Below, one piece after another: positions 46,195 through 55,925 of a stretch of 64,000 nucleotides of DNA. This stretch comes from Clostridia bacterium. GTDB taxonomy: Bacteria > Bacillota > Clostridia > Oscillospirales > Acutalibacteraceae. The position numbers and the translations under genes were made by a program. Every line of letters begins with the position of its first letter. The first letter of the stretch is position 1. Location: NCBI GenBank assembly GCA_017517665.1, contig JAFWYP010000060.1, positions 14,759 to 78,758 of the forward strand. Reading direction: 5' to 3'. The notes beneath the pieces were generated by a model. That model was not told the origin of the DNA, ran no database searches, and saw only the letters and a program-made list of their open reading frames with translations.

Positions 46195-47673
46195 GTGGCA
46201 AAACAGCGTTCACTTGATGCCGAGTTTGTACATCCCAACAAGATAGGTATGAAAGACTGTTTCGGATATGCATTCGGCGATGCGGCAAACTTATTTGTAC
46301 TCACATATGTTTCGTCTTATCTCAAGGTATTCTTTACCGATATTCTCAAGGTTGCGGAAAGCAAAATCACAACTCTTCTGCTTATCGCAAGACTCTGGGA
46401 TGCAATCAATGACCCCCTGTGGGGCAATCTTATTGCAAAGAAAAAACCGAACAAAGACGGAAAATACAGACCCTTTATCAAATGGTTTGCAGTTCCTCTC
46501 GGAATAATGGCAGCACTCTGTTTTGTGAATTTCAGAGCATTCACAAGCAACGAAATGATAGTTGTTGCACTCATGTATATCACATATATCGGCTTCGGTA
46601 TGATGTATACAACAATCAATATTCCCTACGGATCGCTTGCTTCCGTTATTACCGATGACCCCGAAGGAAGAACCCTTCTTTCAACCTTCCGTTCAATCGG
46701 TGCAGGTCTCGGCGGAGCAATTCCTCTGCTTATCGGACCCATGATTATTTATACCGTTACAGGTACAAACAGTCTCGGAAATCCCGTTAAGGCTGCTGAT
46801 GCAAACGGAATGCTCACCTTTGGTATAATTATGGGCGTTCTCTCCATAATTTTCTATTTCCTTTGCTTCGGCACAACCAAGGAAAGAGTTGCTTCGGAAG
46901 AAGAACCTCAGGTTGATATCAAGGGAATGTATAAGGGAATGCTCAAGAGCAGACCTTTCATCGTTGCCTGCCTTTCGGGTATACTTATCAGCGGTCAGCT
47001 TCAGTTCGGCTCGCTCAATCAGTATCTCTATAAGAACTATTTTGAAAATACCGACCTTTCAATCATCGGCACAATTGCAAACTATCTCCCCATGGCGGTT
47101 ATGATTTTCTTCATGCCCAAGCTCGTTAAGAAGTTCGGAAAGCAGGAGCTTTGCAGCGTCGGTACATTCTTCTCGGCAATCGCTTCCGTTCTCATGTTCT
47201 TTATTGTTCCTCACTGTGAAAGAACAGGCAGCGCACCTGTTGTGTTCATGCTCTTTACATTCGTTATCGGCTTCGGTTATTCGTTTGTAAGCATCACAAA
47301 CTGGGCGATTATCACCGATGTTATTGACTATCAGGAATATAAAACAGGTATCAGAAGTGAAAGTGCGGTTTATGCGGTTTATACCTTCTGCCGCAACCTC
47401 GGACAGACTATTGCCGACGTAGGAGGCATGAAGCTTCTCAGTTCCGTTGCAGGCTATGACGGCGCGGTCCACGGCTCGGCAGGCTATGTTGAGGGTGTGG
47501 GTGAGGGAATACTTTTTGTTTGTACGATAATACCTGCAATTGTTTATACCCTCGTATTCATTCTTTTCAAATTCGGCTATCCTCTTAATAAGTCAAGACT
47601 CGAAACCATGTACTCGGCTCTCAGAGAAAGAAGAGGCACGGGCGAATCGGCTCTTGAAAAGACTCCTTCATAA
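46195..47673 (+). CDS. GPH-family (glycoside-pentoside-hexuronide) cation symporter
   Basis: GYAFGD, ARLWDAINDP, GKYRP, NIPYGSL and DVIDY motifs. Confidence 0.9.
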   Translation: MAKQRSLDAEFVHPNKIGMKDCFGYAFGDAANLFVLTYVSSYLKVFFTDILKVAESKITTLLLIARLWDAINDPLWGNLIAKKKPNKDGKYRPFIKWFAVPLGIMAALCFVNFRAFTSNEMIVVALMYITYIGFGMMYTTINIPYGSLASVITDDPEGRTLLSTFRSIGAGLGGAIPLLIGPMIIYTVTGTNSLGNPVKAADANGMLTFGIIMGVLSIIFYFLCFGTTKERVASEEEPQVDIKGMYKGMLKSRPFIVACLSGILISGQLQFGSLNQYLYKNYFENTDLSIIGTIANYLPMAVMIFFMPKLVKKFGKQELCSVGTFFSAIASVLMFFIVPHCERTGSAPVVFMLFTFVIGFGYSFVSITNWAIITDVIDYQEYKTGIRSESAVYAVYTFCRNLGQTIADVGGMKLLSSVAGYDGAVHGSAGYVEGVGEGILFVCTIIPAIVYTLVFILFKFGYPLNKSRLETMYSALRERRGTGESALEKTPS

Positions 47674-47679
47674 AAAGTT

Positions 47680-47709
47680 AAGCGGCTGCAAATTGCAGCC
47701 GCTTTTTTT
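47680..47709. terminator. Intrinsic terminator between convergent genes
   Basis: AAGCGGCTGCA-AAT-TGCAGCCGCTT followed by a T run. Confidence 0.85.
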
Positions 47710-48444
47710 CTATTTTGTTGTGACTTCCGCTTCTTTCATTAAATCTCCGACTTTCACAAAACTCAATCGTTCAAGTGCTTCTTTTACTTCTTTGAATTTA
47801 AAGTTTTCGGATGCAAAGAAACTGAAAACCATACATCGGTCGTCTGTTTTGTAATACACCTCATAATCAATCGCGAAATTATGAATCAAAGAGCTGTTTT
47901 CAATTTTGCATACCGTCATATTCTGACCGTTCACATTGATATCGTAGCTGTAAGAAACAGTGTTGTTGTCTTTGAAATCATGTCCGTCAAAGTATTTGCT
48001 TTTTTGTGTGTACGAGGTTATAAAGATATATGAATTGCATTCCTCGGTACCGATAAAAATGCTCTGATAAACATCGTGTGTGTCATCGTGAAAAGTTATA
48101 TCGGGAATTATACCGTCTTTCCTGTAATAATCGCGGACAATAACGGCCGACTCAATTTCTTTTATGAATTCAGCGGCTTGTTCCTTGGTATAATATAAAA
48201 GTTCGCCTTCCTTCTTTGAAGGGGAAGAAACAATATAATCCATGATGAAATCGTAACTGTTGTTATGTTCGGCATGGATGGCTTTTTTTATTCTGTTAAG
48301 TCTTTCGATTGATTTCGTTATGTTTGAGGGCGGGGGAATAATAGATGTATCGCCATCTGCACGATGATACAAATCTTTTTCTTCGGAACAAGAAGGTGAA
48401 ATCAAAAGCAGAACGATAATTATAACTGCAAGTATTCTTTTCAT
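47710..48444 (-). CDS. Hypothetical (lipo)protein
   Basis: GGAG RBS before MKRILAV; signal peptide ending SPSC; no family recognised. Confidence 0.65.
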   Translation of the reverse strand: MKRILAVIIIVLLLISPSCSEEKDLYHRADGDTSIIPPPSNITKSIERLNRIKKAIHAEHNNSYDFIMDYIVSSPSKKEGELLYYTKEQAAEFIKEIESAVIVRDYYRKDGIIPDITFHDDTHDVYQSIFIGTEECNSYIFITSYTQKSKYFDGHDFKDNNTVSYSYDINVNGQNMTVCKIENSSLIHNFAIDYEVYYKTDDRCMVFSFFASENFKFKEVKEALERLSFVKVGDLMKEAEVTTK

Positions 48445-48475
48445 AATTTCTCCGTTTTGGTAGCTGAATTTGTCC

Positions 48476-48973
48476 TCAGAACCAAATCGGCTCAAAAGGT
48501 ATGTTTATGTTGTTGGTTGAGATATCAACTGTTTCTGTGTTTTTGTTTGTTTCTATGATTAATGTATAATATGTGGCATAATTAATACTTGCGCCGTAAT
48601 GATGATAGATATTGCAGTTAAGTTCAAGAGTGTTGTTTGTTTCGGCGGCATTTACAACATGAAGTTCGCACAGACCGTCATTGATAATGAATTCAGCAGA
48701 AACAAGAGATTTTGTTTCAAAATATTTTTCGTCATATGATTCGGTTTCAAAATGGTGTTTTTCTGAATATGTTTTCCATTCATCATAATTTGAAATGATT
48801 TCATAGCGTGTTTTTTCTTCGGAGGGAATTAATACTCCGTACCTGTTTATGCTGATTGTGTCAGGATCAATAACTTTATAATCTTCGCTTGATATAAAAG
48901 CAGGCACAGTGCTTGTGAAAAACATCGAAATACTCATTACAATAGTGATAAATTTCATAATGATTGTTGCCAT
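48476..48973 (-). CDS. Hypothetical exported protein
   Basis: AAGGAG RBS and N-terminal hydrophobic segment; no family recognised. Confidence 0.65.
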   Translation of the reverse strand: MATIIMKFITIVMSISMFFTSTVPAFISSEDYKVIDPDTISINRYGVLIPSEEKTRYEIISNYDEWKTYSEKHHFETESYDEKYFETKSLVSAEFIINDGLCELHVVNAAETNNTLELNCNIYHHYGASINYATYYTLIIETNKNTETVDISTNNINIPFEPIWF

Positions 48974-49004
48974 AACAAAAACTCCTTTTTAGATTAATAA
49001 TTAA

Positions 49005-49033
49005 ATTATGCTCTTTTGGTTGACTTTTGTCAA
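49005..49033 (-). promoter_or_regulatory. sigmaA promoter of the two hypothetical genes
   Basis: TTGACA-N17-CATAAT; the -35 lies within the palindrome TTGAC-TTTT-GTCAA. Confidence 0.65.
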
Positions 49034-49214
49034 GCTGTGCTTATTGTTACGTATGCATGTCAATCACCGCCTTTTATGAAAATTTTGTATCTATTCATAT
49101 ATGACAAAAAATGCGGTTTGTGACAAAAAATTCCTCTTTTCTCTTTTGTGCACAAATCAGAATGGCTTTATTTGTGCATAAATACAACAATTTTATTTTT
49201 TGCTTTTTATGCTC

Positions 49215-49243
49215 TTGATTTAAAACTAATGCTGATATATAAT
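49215..49243 (+). promoter_or_regulatory. sigmaA promoter of the DUF1846 gene
   Basis: TTGATT-N17-TATAAT. Confidence 0.6.
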
Positions 49244-49294
49244 ATATTAGTTAGTTTTACAAAATCCGCATTTTAACGGTATTGCGGTGAAAGG

Positions 49295-50791
49295 GTGTTG
49301 AAATTGAAGAAAATCGGTTTTGACAACGCGGCTTATATCAGCAGGCAGTCCGAGCAGATAAGCAAGCGCATCAATGAATTCGGAGGAAAGCTCTATCTTG
49401 AATTCGGCGGCAAGCTTTTTGATGATTTCCATGCTTCAAGAGTTTTGCCCGGCTTTGCCCCTGACAGTAAGCTTCAGATGCTTAAGAGCATTGCAGATGA
49501 TGTTGAGGTTGTTATCGTAATCAATTCGGGGGATATCGAGAGCAATAAAATGCGCCGTGACCTCGGAATAACCTACGATGCCGATGTTCTGCGACTTATT
49601 GACGAATACAGAAATGCAGGTCTTTTCGTGGGAAGTGTTGTGCTTGCGCAGTTCAAGGAACAGCCTGCTGCAATCGCTTTCAAATCAAAGCTTGAAACTC
49701 TCGGTGTCAAAGTGTTTATACATCGTAATATTGAAGGTTATCCCTATAATGTTTCGCATATTGTAAGCGAAGAGGGCTTTGGTAAAAATGATTTTATTGA
49801 AACCGAGAGACCTCTTGTTGTTATCACCGCACCGGGTCCCGGAAGCGGAAAGATGGCAACCTGCCTTTCTCAGCTTTACCATGAAAATCAAAGAGGAAAC
49901 AAAGCCGGTTATGCGAAGTTTGAAACCTTCCCTGTATGGAATCTTCCTCTCAAGCATCCCGTAAATCTTGCTTATGAAGCCGCAACGGCAGACCTTAATG
50001 ATGTCAATATGATTGACCCGTATCACCTTGATGCTTACGGTGTTACAACCGTCAACTATAACAGAGATGTTGAAGTTTTCCCTGTTCTCAATGCGATTTT
50101 TGAAAGAATTGAGGGCGTAAGTCCCTATAAATCACCTACGGATATGGGCGTTAATATGGCGGGATATGCCATCTGTGATGACGAAGCAACAAGAGAAGCT
50201 TCAAAACAGGAAATCGTCCGCAGATATTTCAATGCTCTCTGCGATTTGAAAACGGGCAGAGGCAAGCAGGAAGCTGTTGATAAGATTGTCAGCCTTATGA
50301 ATCAGGCAGGTATCAGTGCAGAGGACAGAAAGGTTATCAAAGCTGCGCTTGACAGAAGTGCGGAAACCGAAGGTCAGCCTGCGGTTGCAATCGAGCTTCC
50401 CGACGGTAAAATCGTAACGGGCAAAACCTCGAATCTTCTCGGTGCATCAAGTGCGGCACTTCTCAATGCGGCAAAATATCTTGCAGGTCTTCCTGAAGAT
50501 TTGCTTATGATTGCACCGTCGATTATCGAACCAATTCAGGAACTTAAAACGGGAATTCTCAAGGGCAGAAATCCCAGACTTCATTCCGACGAAACACTTA
50601 TTGCTCTTTCAATGAGCGCAAATACAAATCCCGTTGCCAAGAAGGCTCTTGAAGCAATAGAAGGTCTTAAGGACTGCGACGCACATTCAACTGTCATTCT
50701 TTCTCAGGTTGATATGGATGTTTACAGAAAACTCGGCATTAATCTCACCTGCGAACCAAGATATCAGACTAAAAAGCTTTATCACAAATAA
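49295..50791 (+). CDS. DUF1846 (UPF0371) P-loop protein
   Basis: KLYLEFGGKLFDDFHASRVLPGF, APGPGSGKMATCLSQLYH and YNRDVE motifs. The exact start is uncertain. Confidence 0.88.
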   Translation: MLKLKKIGFDNAAYISRQSEQISKRINEFGGKLYLEFGGKLFDDFHASRVLPGFAPDSKLQMLKSIADDVEVVIVINSGDIESNKMRRDLGITYDADVLRLIDEYRNAGLFVGSVVLAQFKEQPAAIAFKSKLETLGVKVFIHRNIEGYPYNVSHIVSEEGFGKNDFIETERPLVVITAPGPGSGKMATCLSQLYHENQRGNKAGYAKFETFPVWNLPLKHPVNLAYEAATADLNDVNMIDPYHLDAYGVTTVNYNRDVEVFPVLNAIFERIEGVSPYKSPTDMGVNMAGYAICDDEATREASKQEIVRRYFNALCDLKTGRGKQEAVDKIVSLMNQAGISAEDRKVIKAALDRSAETEGQPAVAIELPDGKIVTGKTSNLLGASSAALLNAAKYLAGLPEDLLMIAPSIIEPIQELKTGILKGRNPRLHSDETLIALSMSANTNPVAKKALEAIEGLKDCDAHSTVILSQVDMDVYRKLGINLTCEPRYQTKKLYHK

Positions 50792-50792
50792 A

Positions 50793-50820
50793 AGAACGGC
50801 AGTCGCATGACTGCCGTTCT
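50793..50820. terminator. Hairpin terminator between convergent genes
   Basis: AGAACGGCAGTC-GCAT-GACTGCCGTTCT. Confidence 0.75.
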
Positions 50821-50821
50821 G

Positions 50822-52168
50822 CTATTTATCCGTTAAATTTCTGATCCATTTCCTGCTTCTGAAACGGTGTAAGCTCATAAGAGCTTTCGGAATGTCCTCG
50901 CATATGTACATCGCAATAAGAAGATATTCAAAATCCACTTTTACAACAAGCCCGAGTATCGCAACAACGGGTACACCGATAAGATACAGAGATATGCAGT
51001 CATAGAAAATACCGACTCTGGTATCTCCGCCCGCCCTGAAAGTGCCGACGATAAGAGTATACGGTATGTTCCTTATCGGCAGCCACAGGCAGTAAATCAT
51101 GACAAGCTTTGAAGCTATGTCAAATGCCCCCTGCGTTTCTATTTCGAGAAGAGAAAGCATGGGATTCCGTATAAACATAAAAATTGTTCCTGTGATAATA
51201 CCGATTATCGGAGTCATGATAACAAATTTTTTGGCAAGCTTATATGCGCCGTCGCTGTTGCCCTCTCCGATGGTTTTTCCCGTCATAATTGAGCAGGCAT
51301 GGCATATACCGACAAAGAAAACAAATGCGATCTGCTCGATTGAGCTGAAAATCGTATATCCGGCATAGGCTTCGTTGCCTTGTCTTGCAAATACCATAAC
51401 ATAGATATTTGTTCCGATTGCCCATGCAACCTCATTGAAAACAACGGGCAGACATACAATTGAGAATCTGCGTACAAAATCTTTGGAGAGTCTGAAGAAT
51501 TCTTTTAATTTTCCGTTGTAGATATCCTTTGATGTGCGGAGCACGATAAACAGAAGAACGGATTGAAGTGCGGTTGAGATAAGAGTAGCAAATGCGGCGC
51601 CTCTTATTCCGAGTGCGGGAAAACCGAGCTTTCCGTTGATGAGAATGTAGTTGAGCACAGTGTTGGTTGCAACTGAAATAAATGAAGTGATAAGGGGAGG
51701 GTTAACTCTTTCAGTTGCACGAAGGGCTGTGCATGAAATCTGATTAAACGCGCTGAAAAGTCCCATGAATGCAACGATTTTCATGTATTGCACAGCAACG
51801 TCGATAACCTCTTGTTCTCCCGTGAAAACCCTTATCATGTATTGCGGAATAACAAACATCGAGAGCGAGAAAACCACGGCAACTCCTGCTCCGAAAAGAA
51901 GCGCAACGCCGTATGATTTCTGAATGTTTTTCTTTTCCTTTGCACCCCAGAACTGCGAAATGAGTGCCGCAGAACCCGATGAAATGCCGAAATAAAAAAG
52001 ATTCATCAGAAAAATCCATCTTGATGAAACTCCGACAGCCGAAACTGCAACATTTCCGAGCTTTGTCACCATTGCAGTATCAATAAGCTGTGCACAGGAA
52101 ACAAGAAGCTGCTGAAATGCGATGGGGAGTGCAAGCCTGAGCATATTTTTGATAAAATTACGGTTCAT
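50822..52168 (-). CDS. MATE efflux transporter
   Basis: LALP, DTAMV..LG, SQFWGA and LGIRGAAFAT motifs; about 12 TM segments. Confidence 0.92.
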   Translation of the reverse strand: MNRNFIKNMLRLALPIAFQQLLVSCAQLIDTAMVTKLGNVAVSAVGVSSRWIFLMNLFYFGISSGSAALISQFWGAKEKKNIQKSYGVALLFGAGVAVVFSLSMFVIPQYMIRVFTGEQEVIDVAVQYMKIVAFMGLFSAFNQISCTALRATERVNPPLITSFISVATNTVLNYILINGKLGFPALGIRGAAFATLISTALQSVLLFIVLRTSKDIYNGKLKEFFRLSKDFVRRFSIVCLPVVFNEVAWAIGTNIYVMVFARQGNEAYAGYTIFSSIEQIAFVFFVGICHACSIMTGKTIGEGNSDGAYKLAKKFVIMTPIIGIITGTIFMFIRNPMLSLLEIETQGAFDIASKLVMIYCLWLPIRNIPYTLIVGTFRAGGDTRVGIFYDCISLYLIGVPVVAILGLVVKVDFEYLLIAMYICEDIPKALMSLHRFRSRKWIRNLTDK

Positions 52169-52348
52169 GTATCTTTTTCTCTTTCGTTATTTGATAGCAA
52201 ATGTTAGTATATTTAGAATTCAACAAAATGTCAACCGAAATTGAATAAAAACAAAAAACTCTTTTGCTGCTGCTATTGATTTTTAATAATAAGTGATATA
52301 TAATATTTAGTTGTAGAAAACCCAAATTTAACCAAGAAGGTGTAAATT

Positions 52349-53248
52349 ATGTCAAACTTTAATGAATTTTCAGGCGTATATTCTTTGCTCCTCACTCCCT
52401 TTAACTGGGACAGAACTCTCGACTACAAAACCTACGAAGAATATGTTGCATGGCAGGCTGCATTCAAGCCCCAGCATCTTTTCGCAGTATGCGGTTCATC
52501 AGAAATGATGGAGCTTACTCCCGAAGAAAGAGTAAAGTGTGCAGGTCTTGCTGTTAAAAATTCCGACGGTGTACCTGTTTTTGCAACAGGCAACCTTGCT
52601 GTTGATTTCAACGACCAGATTGAAGAAATGAAAAAGCTTGAGCAGCAGGGTGTTTCGGGTCTTGTTTTCGTAACAAAGGGTATGTGCGATAAGCCCGACT
52701 ATATGTATGAATATATGACAGAACTTGCTTCTCACACAGAGCTTCCCATAGTTCTTTATGAGTTCCCCGGTCTCAGACCTCATCTTATGGACCCCGTAAC
52801 CTACGGTAAGCTTGCTAAAACAGGCAAGTTCATGGGCATCAAGGATACAACCTGCAAGCTTACAGATATTGAAGCAAAGATTGCCGTTCAGGGCGACTCA
52901 AACGTTCTTCAGGCAAATATTCCCTTCCTTTTTGATTCATATGTTAAGGGTGCAAGAGGCGTTGTTGCAACACCTACTTCATGCGGTGCAGACCTTTTTG
53001 TTAAGATGTGGGATGAATTCACAAAGGGTGATATTGAAGCTGCAAGAAAGACACATCAGCATATCATTGCACTTGATAATGCAATTGATTCGGGCTTCTG
53101 TGCAAGTGCAAAGTATCTTGTAAGTCTTCGCGGTGTCAAGGGTATGAAGTGGTTTACAAGAGGTGCTCATGACCTTGGTCCCGCAAGACTCCGTTCAATT
53201 GAAGTGTTCTATGACTGGGCAAAAGAAGAAGGAATCTTTAACGATTGA
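52349..53248 (+). CDS. DHDPS/NanA-family class I aldolase
   Basis: LLTPF, GSSEM, VLYEFP and GIKDT (Schiff-base Lys); substrate unknown. Confidence 0.85.
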   Translation: MSNFNEFSGVYSLLLTPFNWDRTLDYKTYEEYVAWQAAFKPQHLFAVCGSSEMMELTPEERVKCAGLAVKNSDGVPVFATGNLAVDFNDQIEEMKKLEQQGVSGLVFVTKGMCDKPDYMYEYMTELASHTELPIVLYEFPGLRPHLMDPVTYGKLAKTGKFMGIKDTTCKLTDIEAKIAVQGDSNVLQANIPFLFDSYVKGARGVVATPTSCGADLFVKMWDEFTKGDIEAARKTHQHIIALDNAIDSGFCASAKYLVSLRGVKGMKWFTRGAHDLGPARLRSIEVFYDWAKEEGIFND

Positions 53249-53319
53249 GCAATAAGCTTGTAATAATTTAATTGTAATATATTATTAATCAGTATTATTT
53301 AAAACATAAGAGGGAAGTT

Positions 53320-54915
53320 ATGAAGAAAATCAGAGCCAATGTATGCGCCGTAACGCATGCAGGAAGAATCCGCAGAGAAAATGAGGATAACTATAATTTA
53401 AACGGCAGAATGACCTCTACGGGTGATTTGAAAAAAGGTTCGGCATTTGTTCAGACAATGGCAGAGCCGTTCCACCTTTCTGTTTGTGACGGAATGGGCG
53501 GCGAAAGCTACGGTGAGCTTGCATCGGGCATAGCGGTTGAAACGATAGCCGCGCATGCTTCAAATGTTTACGAAAGCGGCGAAGATTTCAGCTTTGCCAT
53601 TTCAAACTGCCTTGACGATGCAAACAGCAGAATCTGTGCCGAAATCAATGCCAGAGGCAAAAGAATGGGTACTACTCTTGCGGCAATTTATGTTGTAAAG
53701 GGTAAGATTCTTTGCACCAATATCGGCGACACAAGAATTTATCATTATTCAAAGGGCGTTCTTGAACAGATAAGCTTTGACCATACCCATGCGCAGACGA
53801 TTGTTGATGCGGGTGGGGCTGCACAGAATGATATCGGAAGAATTCCCGATGCGAAAAGGCTTACAAAGCACCTCGGTGTTTTTCCTGAAGAGGCAACTCT
53901 TTCTCCCAATATCAGCGTTATTGACGATGTTGATAACGGAGATATAATTCTTCTCTGCAGTGATGGTCTTACCGATATGCTCAGTGATGAGGATATAACC
54001 GCAATTCTTTCAACGGGCGAAAGCTCGCAGGATGTTGCAAGCAAGCTTATCCGTACTGCACTTGAAAGAGGAGGTAAGGATAATGTTACTGTTATGGCGG
54101 CGCTTCTTGATGTTGAAGAAACGGCAATTTTCGCACCGATAGCAGCAGCTATGGTTGGTGATACCGATGCGGATTATGAGGAAGAATACCGTAACAGCTT
54201 CGGTTCAAATCAGATTCCCGATGAAGAAAATCCTGTATCTCCTTATGCAAATGCAGATGCAAGAGCCTATTCAAAGCCTGTTGATAAGGCTAAAATTATA
54301 AAAATTGCAGGTATTGCGATAGGTGCGGTTGTGGTTGCCCTTATCGTTGCGCTGTTTATCAAGGCGCTTGTTAACGGCGGCAACAATGATGACGAAACAA
54401 CAACCACTACATATAACTATTATGACTACACAACAGCACCGATTTATTATTATCCGCCCACAGAGCCTCCCATAACAACCTGGGTGTTTGAGTCAACAAG
54501 CGAAAGTGAAACTTCGGAAACAACAACCGAAACCACTACACGCAGGATGACATCAACCAAGAGAAGAAGCACTACCAAAAAGCGCACAACAACAACCACA
54601 AAGAGAAGAACGACTACTACTACCAAGAGAGTAACAACAACAGTTGAAATCGGTACCGCTGCTTCAACAGCTCAGACAACTGAGACTGCCTCAACTTCAA
54701 CAACAAATACCACGGGTGCTTCAACAACTCTTAACTCAGGCGAAACAACCACAGCTTCAAACGGCGGAGAAACAACAGCAGGTACAACAGAAAACACCTC
54801 TGCAACAACAACGTCGGCAACGGAAACTTCGGAAACAACAACAAACAATGCCGCGGCAGCGTCAATATCTCCCGAAGAAATGAGCCAAATTCTCGGATTG
54901 GGATTTATTGAATAA
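53320..54915 (+). CDS. PP2C/PPM Ser/Thr phosphatase with one TM helix and a Thr-rich tail
   Basis: RRENED, CDGMGG, NIGDTR, DH, CSDGL and GKDNVT motifs, then a TM helix and a low-complexity tail. Confidence 0.88.
   Translation: MKKIRANVCAVTHAGRIRRENEDNYNLNGRMTSTGDLKKGSAFVQTMAEPFHLSVCDGMGGESYGELASGIAVETIAAHASNVYESGEDFSFAISNCLDDANSRICAEINARGKRMGTTLAAIYVVKGKILCTNIGDTRIYHYSKGVLEQISFDHTHAQTIVDAGGAAQNDIGRIPDAKRLTKHLGVFPEEATLSPNISVIDDVDNGDIILLCSDGLTDMLSDEDITAILSTGESSQDVASKLIRTALERGGKDNVTVMAALLDVEETAIFAPIAAAMVGDTDADYEEEYRNSFGSNQIPDEENPVSPYANADARAYSKPVDKAKIIKIAGIAIGAVVVALIVALFIKALVNGGNNDDETTTTTYNYYDYTTAPIYYYPPTEPPITTWVFESTSESETSETTTETTTRRMTSTKRRSTTKKRTTTTTKRRTTTTTKRVTTTVEIGTAASTAQTTETASTSTTNTTGASTTLNSGETTTASNGGETTAGTTENTSATTTSATETSETTTNNAAAASISPEEMSQILGLGFIE
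54391..54850 (+). repeat. Low-complexity Thr-rich coding region with T(n)KRR-like units
   Basis: ACAACA-rich DNA encoding TTTRRMTSTKRRSTTKKRTTTTTKRRTTTTTKRVTTT and ETT repeats. Confidence 0.7.
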
Positions 54916-54933
54916 ATTAATACAAAATGTAAT

Positions 54934-54969
54934 AACGGGACTGCTTTCTGATGAAAGCAGTCCCGTTTT
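54934..54969. terminator. Bidirectional terminator
   Basis: AACGGGACTGCTTTC-TGAT-GAAAGCAGTCCCGTT followed by TT. Confidence 0.85.
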
Positions 54970-54977
54970 ATGTATAT

Positions 54978-55913
54978 TTATTTGATTTTTGAAAGTGCCC
55001 AAGAGGTTATATATTCATAGGCATGGATTCTGTCAACCTCGTTGAGTATTTCGTGACGCATTCCCGGATAGAGCTTGATGGTAACATCCTTTTTGCCTGC
55101 CGCAATGAGGTCATTGTAAATCTGCTTGATTCCTTTGCCGTATGCGCCTACAGGGTCATCCTCACCTGCGATTAAAAGCATGGGAAGATTTTCGTAAACA
55201 CCGTTGTACCAATCTTTACCCGAAACTTTGGTGAGAACGGTAAAAAGGTCTCTGTAACCTGCTGCGGTAAAAAGATATCCGCAGTATTTATCGGCTATAT
55301 ATTTGTCAACCTCAGCTTTATCGGTTGAAAGCCAATCGAAAGGAGTTCTGTTTTCGGTTTTTTTATTGTAAGGACCGAAAGCCATTTTGTTGATAAAATT
55401 ACTCTTGTGTTTGCTGCCTTTTACTTTGGCAATTGTATCAGCAAGAGTTATGGCAATTGCGGAAGCGGGATTTTTGCCGCTTGAACCGCAGAAAACAGCG
55501 GCTTTTATTCTTTCGTCTTTGCCGTATCTAAGAATATATTCTCTTGCAATGAATGAACCCATGCTGTGACCGAAAAAGATAACGGGAATATCTGGATATT
55601 CCTTTTTGATTAATTCGGTGAATGCTCTTTGGTCTTCAACAAAAGCGTCCCAGCCGTTGCTTTCTCCGAAATAACCGAGGTCATCATCGGTTTTGATTGA
55701 TTTTCCGTGACCTACATGGTCATTGATAAGCACCGCAAAACCGTTTTTACAAAGATAGTTTGCAAAATCCTCATATCTTTCGCCGTGTTCAGCCATGCCG
55801 TGGGCAACCTGAAAAATTGCTTTCGGACAGTCTGACGGAAGCCAGCATCTTGCAAAAACATCCGCAACACCCGATTTTGAGGGGAGAGAATATTCTTTTC
55901 TGATTATTTTCAT
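54978..55913 (-). CDS. Alpha/beta hydrolase, lysophospholipase/monoacylglycerol lipase type
   Basis: HGMAEH..RY, DHVGHG, GHSMGS, GEDDPV and RHEILNE motifs. Confidence 0.88.
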   Translation of the reverse strand: MKIIRKEYSLPSKSGVADVFARCWLPSDCPKAIFQVAHGMAEHGERYEDFANYLCKNGFAVLINDHVGHGKSIKTDDDLGYFGESNGWDAFVEDQRAFTELIKKEYPDIPVIFFGHSMGSFIAREYILRYGKDERIKAAVFCGSSGKNPASAIAITLADTIAKVKGSKHKSNFINKMAFGPYNKKTENRTPFDWLSTDKAEVDKYIADKYCGYLFTAAGYRDLFTVLTKVSGKDWYNGVYENLPMLLIAGEDDPVGAYGKGIKQIYNDLIAAGKKDVTIKLYPGMRHEILNEVDRIHAYEYITSWALSKIK

Positions 55914-55925
55914 ACCGATTCTCCT

